Assembly: GCA_963752155.1 (NCBI GenBank)
Contig: CAVVXH010000011.1
Coordinates: 256,001 to 320,000 of the forward strand
DNA length: 64,000 bases
Origin: an uncultured Parachlamydiaceae bacterium
GTDB lineage: Bacteria > Chlamydiota > Chlamydiia > Chlamydiales > Parachlamydiaceae
Direction of reading: 5' to 3'
Every line of letters begins with the position of its first letter. The first letter of the stretch is position 1. This document shows, in pieces, positions 33,420 to 41,986 of this stretch. The position numbers and the translations under genes were made by a program. Below the pieces are notes generated by a model that made no database searches, was not told the origin of the DNA, and saw nothing but the letters and a program-made list of their open reading frames with translations.

Positions 33420-33983
33420 TCAATCGTGACGATGACCATGTCCACGGTGTCCGTGCCTACGATGTTCATGCCCTTCATGGTTTCGATGGCGACCATGGTG
33501 ATCTCGGGGTGCTTCTTCAGCAGCTCTCGCTTTTTGAAAATGACACAGCTTTTTTTGATCGTTCGCTGCAATTGCTTCCGCTTGTGCCTTAAGAATCTCA
33601 TTATTTCGTTGGATCAACAACATTTGCAACTCAGCTTCTTGACGCAATAACTCTCTCCTTACTTCTAATGCCTTATCGATAACAGCAAATTGATCATTCA
33701 TGATGGCTCTGCGTACTTCTTCTGCTTTCTGCGCAAATTCTACATAACCACTGATTGCAGCATTTTTTGCCCAAATTATCAATCCTTGATACACTCGGAT
33801 GATTGGTTCAGCCTCTCCAACATTTCTTGTTAGGCTGATTTCTTGAATAAGGGCTTGCATGCTAGCTTCAAGCGAGTTTAAGAACTGCTGGAAGCACTGC
33901 TGAAGTCTTCGGTCGACCTCAACGTTTACATGTGCCATTTGTTGATTCAAGCCATTGACTCCAGATGTAAGTCTTACGTCCAT
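33420..33983 (-). CDS. Helical protein with His-rich C-terminal tail, first gene of the cluster
   Basis: RBS aggag; SMQALIQEI...IIRVY resembles module 1; ends DHHGRHRNHEGHEHRRHGHRGHGHRHD. Confidence 0.85.
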   Translation of the reverse strand: MDVRLTSGVNGLNQQMAHVNVEVDRRLQQCFQQFLNSLEASMQALIQEISLTRNVGEAEPIIRVYQGLIIWAKNAAISGYVEFAQKAEEVRRAIMNDQFAVIDKALEVRRELLRQEAELQMLLIQRNNEILKAQAEAIAANDQKKLCHFQKARAAEEAPRDHHGRHRNHEGHEHRRHGHRGHGHRHD

Positions 33984-34119
33984 TTGTTTCTCCTAGAGAT
34001 AGGGAACGTTGAATAAAAAAAACTAGCCCAATTCTACTTTTATCAAATTAAGAAAGATTATCAAACTATTTTTATTTTTAAAGAATAAGTCACTTAAAAT
34101 CAATGACATATGATAGAAA

Positions 34120-34551
34120 TTGATTTTTTGTCTGCTTAATCCCACATTTCCGCTGGATGCTTATCAAGTTGTTTTGCTGGAAGAATTTAAAAAGAATGAT
34201 GTTCATGTATACTTCAAAAGCTCTCCTCCTTCAAATTCTCCCGGGGGAACTTTACTGGAACAAATGCAAGGCATGTTTGCTGAGTATGAGCGAGCTCAAA
34301 TTACCGAAAGAACGCGGCGTGGCAAAAATCACAAGGCGCGGAATGGTTGTGTAAATGTCCTAACAAAAGCACCTTACGGATATAGGTATATTTGTGCCTC
34401 TACCTCACAGCAGGCATACTACGAAGTGATCGAACGAGAAATGCTCAATTTATCGTGGAGCTTTGACCATCGAATGATCGATGGAGAAGCAGCAGCACAT
34501 ATCTCGAGTCATCTGTGCAAGCTGTTGCAAAATCCGGCGAGTCTACTTTAA
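34120..34551 (+). pseudogene. Truncated large serine recombinase fused in frame to the duplicated E2 C-terminus
   Basis: LL.QMQG.FAEYERAQI.ERTRRGK..KA..G...APYGYRY, then EREMLNLSWSFDHRMIDG...PASLL; the catalytic N-terminus is missing. Confidence 0.88.
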
Positions 34552-34569
34552 GGCAGGAAATCAGAACAT
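34435..34569 (+). repeat. Direct repeat, copy 2; attR-like
   Basis: Matches 25453..25587. Confidence 0.95.
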
Positions 34570-34573
34570 TTTA

Positions 34574-34805
34574 AATCTGGCGCTATTTCAAGGTGATTTA
34601 GTAAAAATTTTTTGGAGTGCGTGTGGCTCTGCCACCGCGCGAGAGGTATATTGCGAAAAGTCCATTTAGATAGGCAATAGTTTCTACATTAGCATAAATT
34701 GAAATTGTATTGCCCAGTAATTTTTAAAGCAACGTCTCGCGCGGTGGCAGAGCCACACGCACTCCAAAAAATTTTCATCAAGTCAACCTGAAATAGCGCC
34801 AGATT
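34574..34805. mobile_element. MITE-like palindromic element, family A
   Basis: ~70-bp terminal inverted arms aatctggcgctatttcaag...tttttggagtgcgtgtggctctgccaccgcgcgaga. Confidence 0.88.
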
Positions 34806-34863
34806 CCACATAATCGTTCTGATTTCATATGCCCTGAGTAAAAATTGCTATTTGCGGATGAAT

Positions 34864-36297
34864 TCATTCTAACAATTGCCGAAAGTTGATGATCTTATCA
34901 AAATAATTCTCATCTAAAACACTTTCATCTACCTCATTCACATGAATCAGAACAGGCCGGATTGAAAAATACCTTGGAACCTTTAATCGTTTTCTTTTCT
35001 CTTCCATTTCTTCGAGAATTTTTCTTCCGATCTTATCTTTCTTAAATTTAACTTCGCACAAATACAGAGTATGAAACCGCGTTTGAATCATGTAATCGAT
35101 TTGGCATCCCGGTTGTTTTATTGTCGCCCTTTGAAAAAATGGACCGTCCATAACCACTTCCTCGGCCTTTATATCCAGCATCTCCCAAAGAATTTTATAG
35201 TTATGCGTCACGAGGTTTTCAAACTGCAAGCCCATGACTACTTCCCAACTAGGAAGCTTATTCAAGATTGATTCTGGGACTTTCCCTTGTTCGATTTTCG
35301 CGAGATTTGGAGCAATGTATTTCAAATAAAAGCGCAAATAATTATCGCTTAATCGATAACGGCTTAGTTTCCCATACTCTCCGCTTTTCAGATCCCATGT
35401 AAACTCTCTCCTTACAAAACCAGCCTTAATCAATTCATCCAGATACTGACTGTAGAGTCCTCCTTGGCTTTTGCCAAGTTCTTTACAAATTTGAGCAAGC
35501 TCTTTGGGTCCGTTGACAAGGCAATTCACAAGCTCTTTATGACTTCCTTTGCGACGGGAAAAAAGGTCTGAGAATATTTGATCGAATTCTCGAACAAGCA
35601 AGCCACCTTTTGCAAAACACAACTCTCGAATATTTTGCTCCGCAGATAGATTTGGCTTAATTTGCTCCAAATAGAATGGCACTCCTCCGGTTACAGATAA
35701 AACTTTGAATTTCTCATAAGCGGCAATCCGTGTTTCCTTAGGATGCCAAAATGCGTTGCATGATTTAAGAGGGATTTCTTCGAGAACCATGTCAATGGTA
35801 ATTCTTCCAAGAAAACCGGTATTGCTGAGAATGTTCTTTTCAATCCAAGATGAGATCGATCCGCACAGCGCAAAAATCAGATGGGGATTCTTGCTAAAGT
35901 ACATGTCCCAGGCCGTTTTTAAATGTCCTAAAAATTCGGGATCTTTGCCTCCCATCCATGAAATTTCGTCGAATACAATCAGTATTCGTCCTTTTTGGGT
36001 ATGCTTGGAAAGGTGCCAGAAGATATTCCCCCAATCATTTGCCTGTACACCCGGAATACCGTTTCTCTCGAGCTGCTGTACGAAAATATCGCGTTGCGAC
36101 TGTGCTGTTGTTTTACTTGCAGGAGGATTTCCGGAAAAAAAATAGCTCTTTATTTCTTTGCCAAACTCGGCGAGCAACCGCGACTTACCAATGCGCCTTC
36201 TGCCTCTAACTACAATCAGATTCGCGCTTCGAGTGTCTAATAAACCTTTGAGCCGGTCCATCTCGGCTTCACGACCGACAAATTGGGCAGTTTTCAT
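34864..36297 (-). CDS. AAA+/archaeal-type ATPase with wHTH and C-terminal PD-(D/E)XK-like (DUF234-type) domain
   Basis: FVGRE.E, Walker A GRRRIGKS, Walker B IVFDE, GGVPFY, C-terminal QID...CEVK. Confidence 0.88.
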   Translation of the reverse strand: MKTAQFVGREAEMDRLKGLLDTRSANLIVVRGRRRIGKSRLLAEFGKEIKSYFFSGNPPASKTTAQSQRDIFVQQLERNGIPGVQANDWGNIFWHLSKHTQKGRILIVFDEISWMGGKDPEFLGHLKTAWDMYFSKNPHLIFALCGSISSWIEKNILSNTGFLGRITIDMVLEEIPLKSCNAFWHPKETRIAAYEKFKVLSVTGGVPFYLEQIKPNLSAEQNIRELCFAKGGLLVREFDQIFSDLFSRRKGSHKELVNCLVNGPKELAQICKELGKSQGGLYSQYLDELIKAGFVRREFTWDLKSGEYGKLSRYRLSDNYLRFYLKYIAPNLAKIEQGKVPESILNKLPSWEVVMGLQFENLVTHNYKILWEMLDIKAEEVVMDGPFFQRATIKQPGCQIDYMIQTRFHTLYLCEVKFKKDKIGRKILEEMEEKRKRLKVPRYFSIRPVLIHVNEVDESVLDENYFDKIINFRQLLE

Positions 36298-36343
36298 GCA
36301 GTTCTCCTTTTAAAGATATCTTACAAGCTTTTGGCTAACAAAT

Positions 36344-36432
36344 CAATCCGCAAATAGCAATTTTGCTATTTGTGGATGAATTTTCTAGCTCAAAAATTCA
36401 TCCGCAAACAGCAAAATTGCTATTTGCGGATG
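36344..36432. promoter_or_regulatory. Cluster of inverted repeats (atccgcaaatagcaa) upstream of the ATPase gene; one more copy at 34840..34865
   Basis: atccgcaaatagcaa / ttgctatttg(c/t)ggat occurs four times here and once at the gene's 3' end. Confidence 0.6.
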
Positions 36433-36447
36433 TAATTTATCCTTTGT

Positions 36448-36684
36448 AAATCTAGCGCTAGTTCAAATTGATTTGGTAAAAATTTTTGGAGTGCGTGTGG
36501 CTCTGTCACCGCGCGAGAGGTCTATTGCGAAAAGTCCATTTGGATAGGTAATAGATTTCTACATCAGCATAAATTGAAATTGTATCGCTGCCAGTAGTCT
36601 TTAAAGCAACTTCTCGCGCGGTGGCAGAGCCACACGCACTCCAAAAAATTTTTTATAAATTTAACTTGAAATAGCGCCAGATTT
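36448..36684. mobile_element. MITE-like element, family A
   Basis: Arms and interior homologous to 34574..34805, same orientation. Confidence 0.88.
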
Positions 36685-36745
36685 AATTGGAAGCAAATAA
36701 TAGGACTCAGGAATCATTTTTGTGCAATTTTTGACTTTATCTTGT

Positions 36746-37360
36746 TCAATACATAAAAGGTTTAATCCTAAATAAATGACGTGCAATATCATTTTTGTGA
36801 GAATTTTGGCTCGTATATAAAAACTCATTAAATTCTTCAATAGCAAAAATTAAAGAAGCTCTATTTTTATTTGACATAGACTTGTTTATTTCGATTTTAT
36901 CTATATATGTCACTTTGAATTGCCGTTTCAAAGAAAAGGAATTGTCAGTAATGTCAACCAATCGTCTATAAATGCAAAAATTATGAGTTCCTAAATAAAG
37001 ATCATTAGTCATATCTATTTTTTTTAGTATCACTTGAGACAGACGTATTTCACCAAAATAATTAGCATAAGTATTGATATGTTCTATCTCAATATTACAG
37101 TTATTTGGTAATTTAAGAATATTATTGAAAATAGTGCGTGTAAGTCTCACACATGGCAACTGTTCATGGGTCGATAGTGTACTAAATTTTTTAGATGCTT
37201 CATAGAAACTACCAAGGTCACGAATGGAGAAAGAACAAGCTATTTGAACAAGAATCTCAAAAGGAAGTTTTGTAATAAAATCTTCGTTGACTTTACTCGC
37301 TTCTTCCGGATAAATAACAATTGCATTGATCTTTTTCATCAAATAATCGAAAATAAACAC
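36746..37360 (-). CDS. F-box domain protein
   Basis: ITKLPFEILVQIACSFSIRDLGSFYEASKKF fits the F-box consensus LP.E(I/L)...I....L......V.K.F. Confidence 0.75.
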   Translation of the reverse strand: MFIFDYLMKKINAIVIYPEEASKVNEDFITKLPFEILVQIACSFSIRDLGSFYEASKKFSTLSTHEQLPCVRLTRTIFNNILKLPNNCNIEIEHINTYANYFGEIRLSQVILKKIDMTNDLYLGTHNFCIYRRLVDITDNSFSLKRQFKVTYIDKIEINKSMSNKNRASLIFAIEEFNEFLYTSQNSHKNDIARHLFRIKPFMY

Positions 37361-37464
37361 AATTATCTCCTTAAATTTTATTTTGATTTGGTGTAAACTT
37401 CTTTAATGATGTATATTTGATTTAATTGATTGAAGAGTAGAATCTACTCGATTATAGCTTGAAC

Positions 37465-37493
37465 TTGCCTATTAAAGCTGGGCCCGGTATTCT
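37465..37493 (+). promoter_or_regulatory. Sigma70/66-type promoter candidate
   Basis: TTGCCT-N17-TATTCT upstream of 37527. Confidence 0.45.
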
Positions 37494-37526
37494 ATACTTA
37501 TCACCTTGTAACCCAATCTTTATCAT

Positions 37527-38450
37527 ATGCCGACAATCTTAGAAGCGGATAAGCTCTGCAAAGTTTATCCAGGTAAACAAGCTCTAGTAGCAGTTAACGA
37601 ACTCTCTTTTAAACTGCATAAAGGAGAAATCTTAGGTCTCCTAGGCCCTAATGGTTCCGGAAAGACCACCACCATTCAAATGCTTTTGGGTACTCTTTCC
37701 TCGACTTCTGGAACAATTCGATATTTTGGAAAAGAATTTTCTAAGCATCGCTCAGAGATTCTTCAAAAGGTCTCTTTTGCCAGCACCTACACCAGCCTCC
37801 CATGGACGCTCACTATTGCAGAAAATCTTGAAGTTTTTGGATATCTCTATGGAATTAACGGAAAAGAGAGTCGCAAAAAATACGATCCCCTCTTAGAACG
37901 TTTTGGAATCTTAGATAAAAAGAATCATCGCGTTGCCTCTCTCTCAGCGGGACAAGTCACCAGACTCATGCTGGTTAAGGCTTTTTTTATCGAACCAGAA
38001 ATTGTTCTTCTAGATGAACCGACAGCCTCATTAGATCCTGAAATTTCAAACGACATTTGCTCCTTTTTGCTGGAACAACGCGCTCAGAAGGGGGTCTCCT
38101 TGCTTTTTTCCTCCCATAAGATGACTGAAGTGATGGAAATCTGCGATCGTGCTATTTTTCTGAAACAAGGTAAACTTATCTCAGATGATATGCCAAAAAA
38201 TTTAGCTAAAAGTGCTTCTTCATTTAAGCTGAAACTTGTCATCATCGATGGCTTAAAACGCACTATTGCTTTAGCTGAAACGGAAAAATTGAAATATTGT
38301 GTCGAACATCGTCTTATTGAAATCCTCATCGATGAAGAAAAAATTCCTTCGTTTCTAAATGCACTATGCAGTAACAAAATTACTTACGCGAATATCAAAA
38401 TTGAAGAACCTTCTTTGGATGACTACTTTTTACAAATTACAAAAAAATGA
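37527..38450 (+). CDS. ABC-2 type exporter ATP-binding subunit
   Basis: GPNGSGKTT, LSAGQ, LLDEPT, SSH. Confidence 0.95.
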   Translation: MPTILEADKLCKVYPGKQALVAVNELSFKLHKGEILGLLGPNGSGKTTTIQMLLGTLSSTSGTIRYFGKEFSKHRSEILQKVSFASTYTSLPWTLTIAENLEVFGYLYGINGKESRKKYDPLLERFGILDKKNHRVASLSAGQVTRLMLVKAFFIEPEIVLLDEPTASLDPEISNDICSFLLEQRAQKGVSLLFSSHKMTEVMEICDRAIFLKQGKLISDDMPKNLAKSASSFKLKLVIIDGLKRTIALAETEKLKYCVEHRLIEILIDEEKIPSFLNALCSNKITYANIKIEEPSLDDYFLQITKK

Positions 38451-38458
38451 ATTGAATT

Positions 38459-39244
38459 ATGCTAAGTTTTTCCAGAATAAAAGGCGTGTTTCTACGTTAC
38501 TACTATAACTTGATCAAAGGGCTTCATCAGCTTTCAGATCTATTTTATTGGCCGCTAGTGGATATTTTACTTTGGGGCTTAACATCGATCTGGATCCAAA
38601 AGCAAAGCCATGTTTCAAATCTGCCTTTGCTCCTTATGACAGGACTTATCTTCTGGCAAATTGCCTGGAGAGGTTCGGTCGACATCTCTTTAAATCTTCT
38701 GCAAGAAATCTGGCATCGCAATCTTGTCAATCTGTTCTCAACGCCGCTAAAAATTTCCGAATGGATTTGTGGAGTGCTTTTGTTATGTTTTGCTAAACTT
38801 GCCGTCACAATCGCTTTTGGGACGGTCGTGATCTATATGCTATATTCCCTGAATGTCTTTACTGTAGGATGGGGATTTCTCCCCTTTGCAGCTCTTCTTC
38901 TTATGTTTGGATGGTGCCTGGGCTTTGTTGCTGCAGGAATAATTGTCTATTGGGGACATCAAGTGGAGATGTTGGCTTGGATGATCGCTTTTGTTTTTGC
39001 TCCTTTCAGTGCAGTCTTTTATCCGGTAGATGTTTTACCTGGATGGGCACAAACGATTGCATGGAGCCTGCCCTCCACCTATGTTTTCGAAGGGATGCGT
39101 AAAATTCTGAATGGAGATCCTTTTCCTTATTCTTATTTAGGATTCAGTTTGCTTTTAAATCTCGTCTATTTAAGCCTTGCAATCTCATTTTTTTACAAAA
39201 TGTTTGAAAAGAGTCGAATGAAAGGTCTTGCGAGATTAGAATAA
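38459..39244 (+). CDS. ABC-2 type exporter permease
   Basis: About six TM segments; FYPVDVLP.W...LP.TY.FE..R. Confidence 0.92.
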   Translation: MLSFSRIKGVFLRYYYNLIKGLHQLSDLFYWPLVDILLWGLTSIWIQKQSHVSNLPLLLMTGLIFWQIAWRGSVDISLNLLQEIWHRNLVNLFSTPLKISEWICGVLLLCFAKLAVTIAFGTVVIYMLYSLNVFTVGWGFLPFAALLLMFGWCLGFVAAGIIVYWGHQVEMLAWMIAFVFAPFSAVFYPVDVLPGWAQTIAWSLPSTYVFEGMRKILNGDPFPYSYLGFSLLLNLVYLSLAISFFYKMFEKSRMKGLARLE

Positions 39245-39257
39245 ACTATAATAATCT

Positions 39258-40943
39258 TTAATCGGATGGAAAGAGGTTCTCTTGCTTGAGGAGAAGTTCT
39301 TTTTTATGAAATGCAATGCCAAAAAGAACAATTTTTTTAACTCCAGCATTCTGTAGTTCAGTGGCATATTTTTTTTGATGGATTTGTTCCAAAGCACGAT
39401 ATGCACATTCTTCCATGGATTCATTCGCATTTTTTTTCTTAAACTCGATTACAAAGCCCGGTTGTAATAAATCATGTGGAATTACCACAATATCATAACG
39501 TCCATAACCACTTTCTCTATTGGATTTTACAACATAGCTCTGAGAAAAAACAACAAGCAGGCCAAGAACAAAAAGATGATAGCTACTTTCAGGTACATCC
39601 TCAGAGATATCATGCCAACTCATGCTTTGAACAATAAACTTAGATAATAATTCTGAAAAAAGCTCTCCATCTCCCTTTTGCAAAACTTCATTAAGCACTT
39701 CTACTTCTGAATATCCTAAACTTTGCCTAAAAAGTTCGTCGATGAGATTTTTAAATAAGACATGGAGTTCTTTATTAGGAATAATGAGATCAGCAGTTTG
39801 AATTCCTTCCTTAAGAGTATATGAAACTGCTGTCAAATAACCGCTGAATAAAAGCAAAGACCAAAGAACATTTGGATTAGCTTGCATACTGGGAAGGACC
39901 ATATTGTCTTCAACGCGAACTTCCGGAAGAATCTTGCCTGCAAGAAGTTCTGCACATGTATCTTTAATGTGAGGACTTGCTGTAGCAATCATTTTGGTGA
40001 CGAGGGCATTGTCGCTTGTGTTAGCCCAATAGGTAAGGAATTTTCCTTCTCCCTTAACACAACATAACGAAGACCAAGGATTATAAATTTTAGTCTCACC
40101 TACCAGATAACCATTATACCATTGTTGAAAATCAATTTTGATATTTTCAAGCGCATAATCCCCTAACAGTTGATCTATTTCAGATTCAGTAAACCCGAAC
40201 TTATCTGCAAACCGCTGTTCTGATATAGTGAAAACTTCGAGATTATTCAATCCTGAAAAAATTCCTTCCTTAGCTGTGCGTAGAATACCGGTAAGAACTC
40301 CAAATTTAAGGCTTGAATTATCTTTGAGGGCATCGCCCAAAAAACTTCGCACGAATCCGATGGCTTGTTCGTAATATCCTTGAGTAAGAGCACGATGAAT
40401 GGGAGCATCATATTCATCAATTAAAATAATGGTTTTCTCACCATGATAACGCTCCAAAAAATTCGACAAATAAAGTAAACTCCTATGATATTCACTTTCA
40501 GAGCTTGCATAAGTGACGATTCTATTAAAAATTGCTTTTTCACTGACACTCAAAAGGTCTCCATCACACAAGTATTTATGTCTACGATATTCATTTGCAA
40601 TTACCTGTGCAAACTTCTCGTAAGTTGCCTCCCAACTTGATTCTTTAATTCCCTTGAATGTTATAAAAATTAAGGGGAATTTCCCCTGCATGGTTCGAAT
40701 TTTTGCCACACTCCAAATTTTTTTATCTTCAAAAAGATAGCTGTTTGAATGTTCCGACTTTTCAAAAAAATATTTTAACATTGAAAGATTCAATGTTTTT
40801 CCAAAACGGCGTGGTCGTGGGATTAGAGTGACTGCCCCCCCATGAATAAGTAAGTCTTCAATGAACAATGTTTTGTCGATGTAATAGTAATCTTCATCAA
40901 TAAGTTCTTTATAATCGCTAAGACCGATAGGCAGACGCTGCAT
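39258..40943 (-). CDS. AAA-ATPase-like domain plus PD-(D/E)XK nuclease (DUF1703-type) protein
   Basis: LPIG.SD, RPRRFGKT, IDEYD.P, WYNGY, YNPWS, NRESGYGRYD...IEFK. Confidence 0.92.
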   Translation of the reverse strand: MQRLPIGLSDYKELIDEDYYYIDKTLFIEDLLIHGGAVTLIPRPRRFGKTLNLSMLKYFFEKSEHSNSYLFEDKKIWSVAKIRTMQGKFPLIFITFKGIKESSWEATYEKFAQVIANEYRRHKYLCDGDLLSVSEKAIFNRIVTYASSESEYHRSLLYLSNFLERYHGEKTIILIDEYDAPIHRALTQGYYEQAIGFVRSFLGDALKDNSSLKFGVLTGILRTAKEGIFSGLNNLEVFTISEQRFADKFGFTESEIDQLLGDYALENIKIDFQQWYNGYLVGETKIYNPWSSLCCVKGEGKFLTYWANTSDNALVTKMIATASPHIKDTCAELLAGKILPEVRVEDNMVLPSMQANPNVLWSLLLFSGYLTAVSYTLKEGIQTADLIIPNKELHVLFKNLIDELFRQSLGYSEVEVLNEVLQKGDGELFSELLSKFIVQSMSWHDISEDVPESSYHLFVLGLLVVFSQSYVVKSNRESGYGRYDIVVIPHDLLQPGFVIEFKKKNANESMEECAYRALEQIHQKKYATELQNAGVKKIVLFGIAFHKKELLLKQENLFPSD

Positions 40944-41042
40944 AGTTTTCCTTTTAGTATAATATCCGTACTATAAATTAAATATACAGCATCTGGAGAT
41001 TAAACTACAAGGTGTCATTTATCTCTCATTAGGGCATATTTG

Positions 41043-41368
41043 AAATCTGGCGCTATTTCAAGTTGACTTGTAAAAAATTTTTTGGAGTGCGTGTGGCTCT
41101 GCCACCGCGCGAGAAGTCGCTTAAAGATTACTGGCAGCATTACAATTGGCTATGTTCACTTGTACACGAGAAACTTTCGCTCAATTATTCCTCCTCTGTG
41201 ATCTCTGTGGTAAAAAAAAATCTACCACAGAGAACACAGAAGGAGGAATAATTGAGCGAAGAAGTGAACAAGACTCTACAATTAATTAAATAGACCTCTC
41301 GCGCGGTGGCAGAGCCACACGCACTCCAAAAAATTTTTTACAAGTTAACTTGAAATAGCGCCAGATTT
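41043..41368. mobile_element. Family A element interrupted by a family C element
   Basis: Family A arms at both ends, interior reversed relative to 34574; insert at 41148..41275. Confidence 0.88.
41148..41275. mobile_element. MITE family C
   Basis: Ends ggctatgttcac / gtgaacaagact, internal hairpin, flanked by ttacaatt / ctacaatt. Confidence 0.85.
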
Positions 41369-41453
41369 CACCTCATTTCTTCAATAATTTGACATAAATT
41401 ATTCAAAGTTATATCAAGAAATTTAAGGGATAAATTAAAATGATGACTTAAAT

Positions 41454-41966
41454 ATGTATTCATTTCAAAATTTGATAAAAATACTTACTGCTTTTATATT
41501 TATGGGTTATTGCAATCCATTAGGAGGATCTATGAAAATCAGTAGTCCTGAATTTAATCAGGGACAAGCCATTCCCAAAAAATTTTCATGTCAAGGTGAA
41601 AACATTTCACCTACTTTAATTGTCAAAGAGATTCCAAAAAATACTGAAAGCCTTGCTTTGATAGTTTCAGATCCTGATGCACCCTCAGGCACATTTGACC
41701 ACTGGGTCGTTTGGAATATTCCTGTAACAGAAACGATTTCTGAAGGAGCTCAACTTAAAGATCAAGGAATTAATAGTTTTGGCAAAAAAGGCTATGGGGG
41801 ACCCTGTCCACCTGTTGGACAAAAACATCGTTATTATTTTAAGTTATATGCACTTAACACCACTTTGAACTTACCTGCTGAAAGCTATAGCTATCACCTC
41901 ATCGGTGGTATTATGGGACACGTACTTGATGAAGCCGAACTCATGGGAACTTACCAAAAAGATTAA
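41454..41966 (+). CDS. YbhB/YbcL (PEBP/Raf kinase inhibitor-like) protein
   Basis: DPDAP...HW..WNIP, GY.GPCPP...HRY.F..YAL. Confidence 0.93.
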   Translation: MYSFQNLIKILTAFIFMGYCNPLGGSMKISSPEFNQGQAIPKKFSCQGENISPTLIVKEIPKNTESLALIVSDPDAPSGTFDHWVVWNIPVTETISEGAQLKDQGINSFGKKGYGGPCPPVGQKHRYYFKLYALNTTLNLPAESYSYHLIGGIMGHVLDEAELMGTYQKD

Positions 41967-41986
41967 CTCATTTTGGAGACTCTATA

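Larger units (their letters stand above)
25453..34569. mobile_element. Integrated island bounded by direct repeats, with a serine recombinase remnant
   Basis: Flanking 135-bp repeats; recombinase fragment abutting the right repeat; eight orphan cargo genes on the minus strand. Confidence 0.7.

Noticed and set aside
25603..33983. R-body (reb), gas vesicle, Inc or T3SS translocon cluster
   Set aside because: The proteins are too long and dissimilar for Reb or GvpA, lack the bilobed hydrophobic domain of Inc proteins and translocators, and no chaperone gene is present
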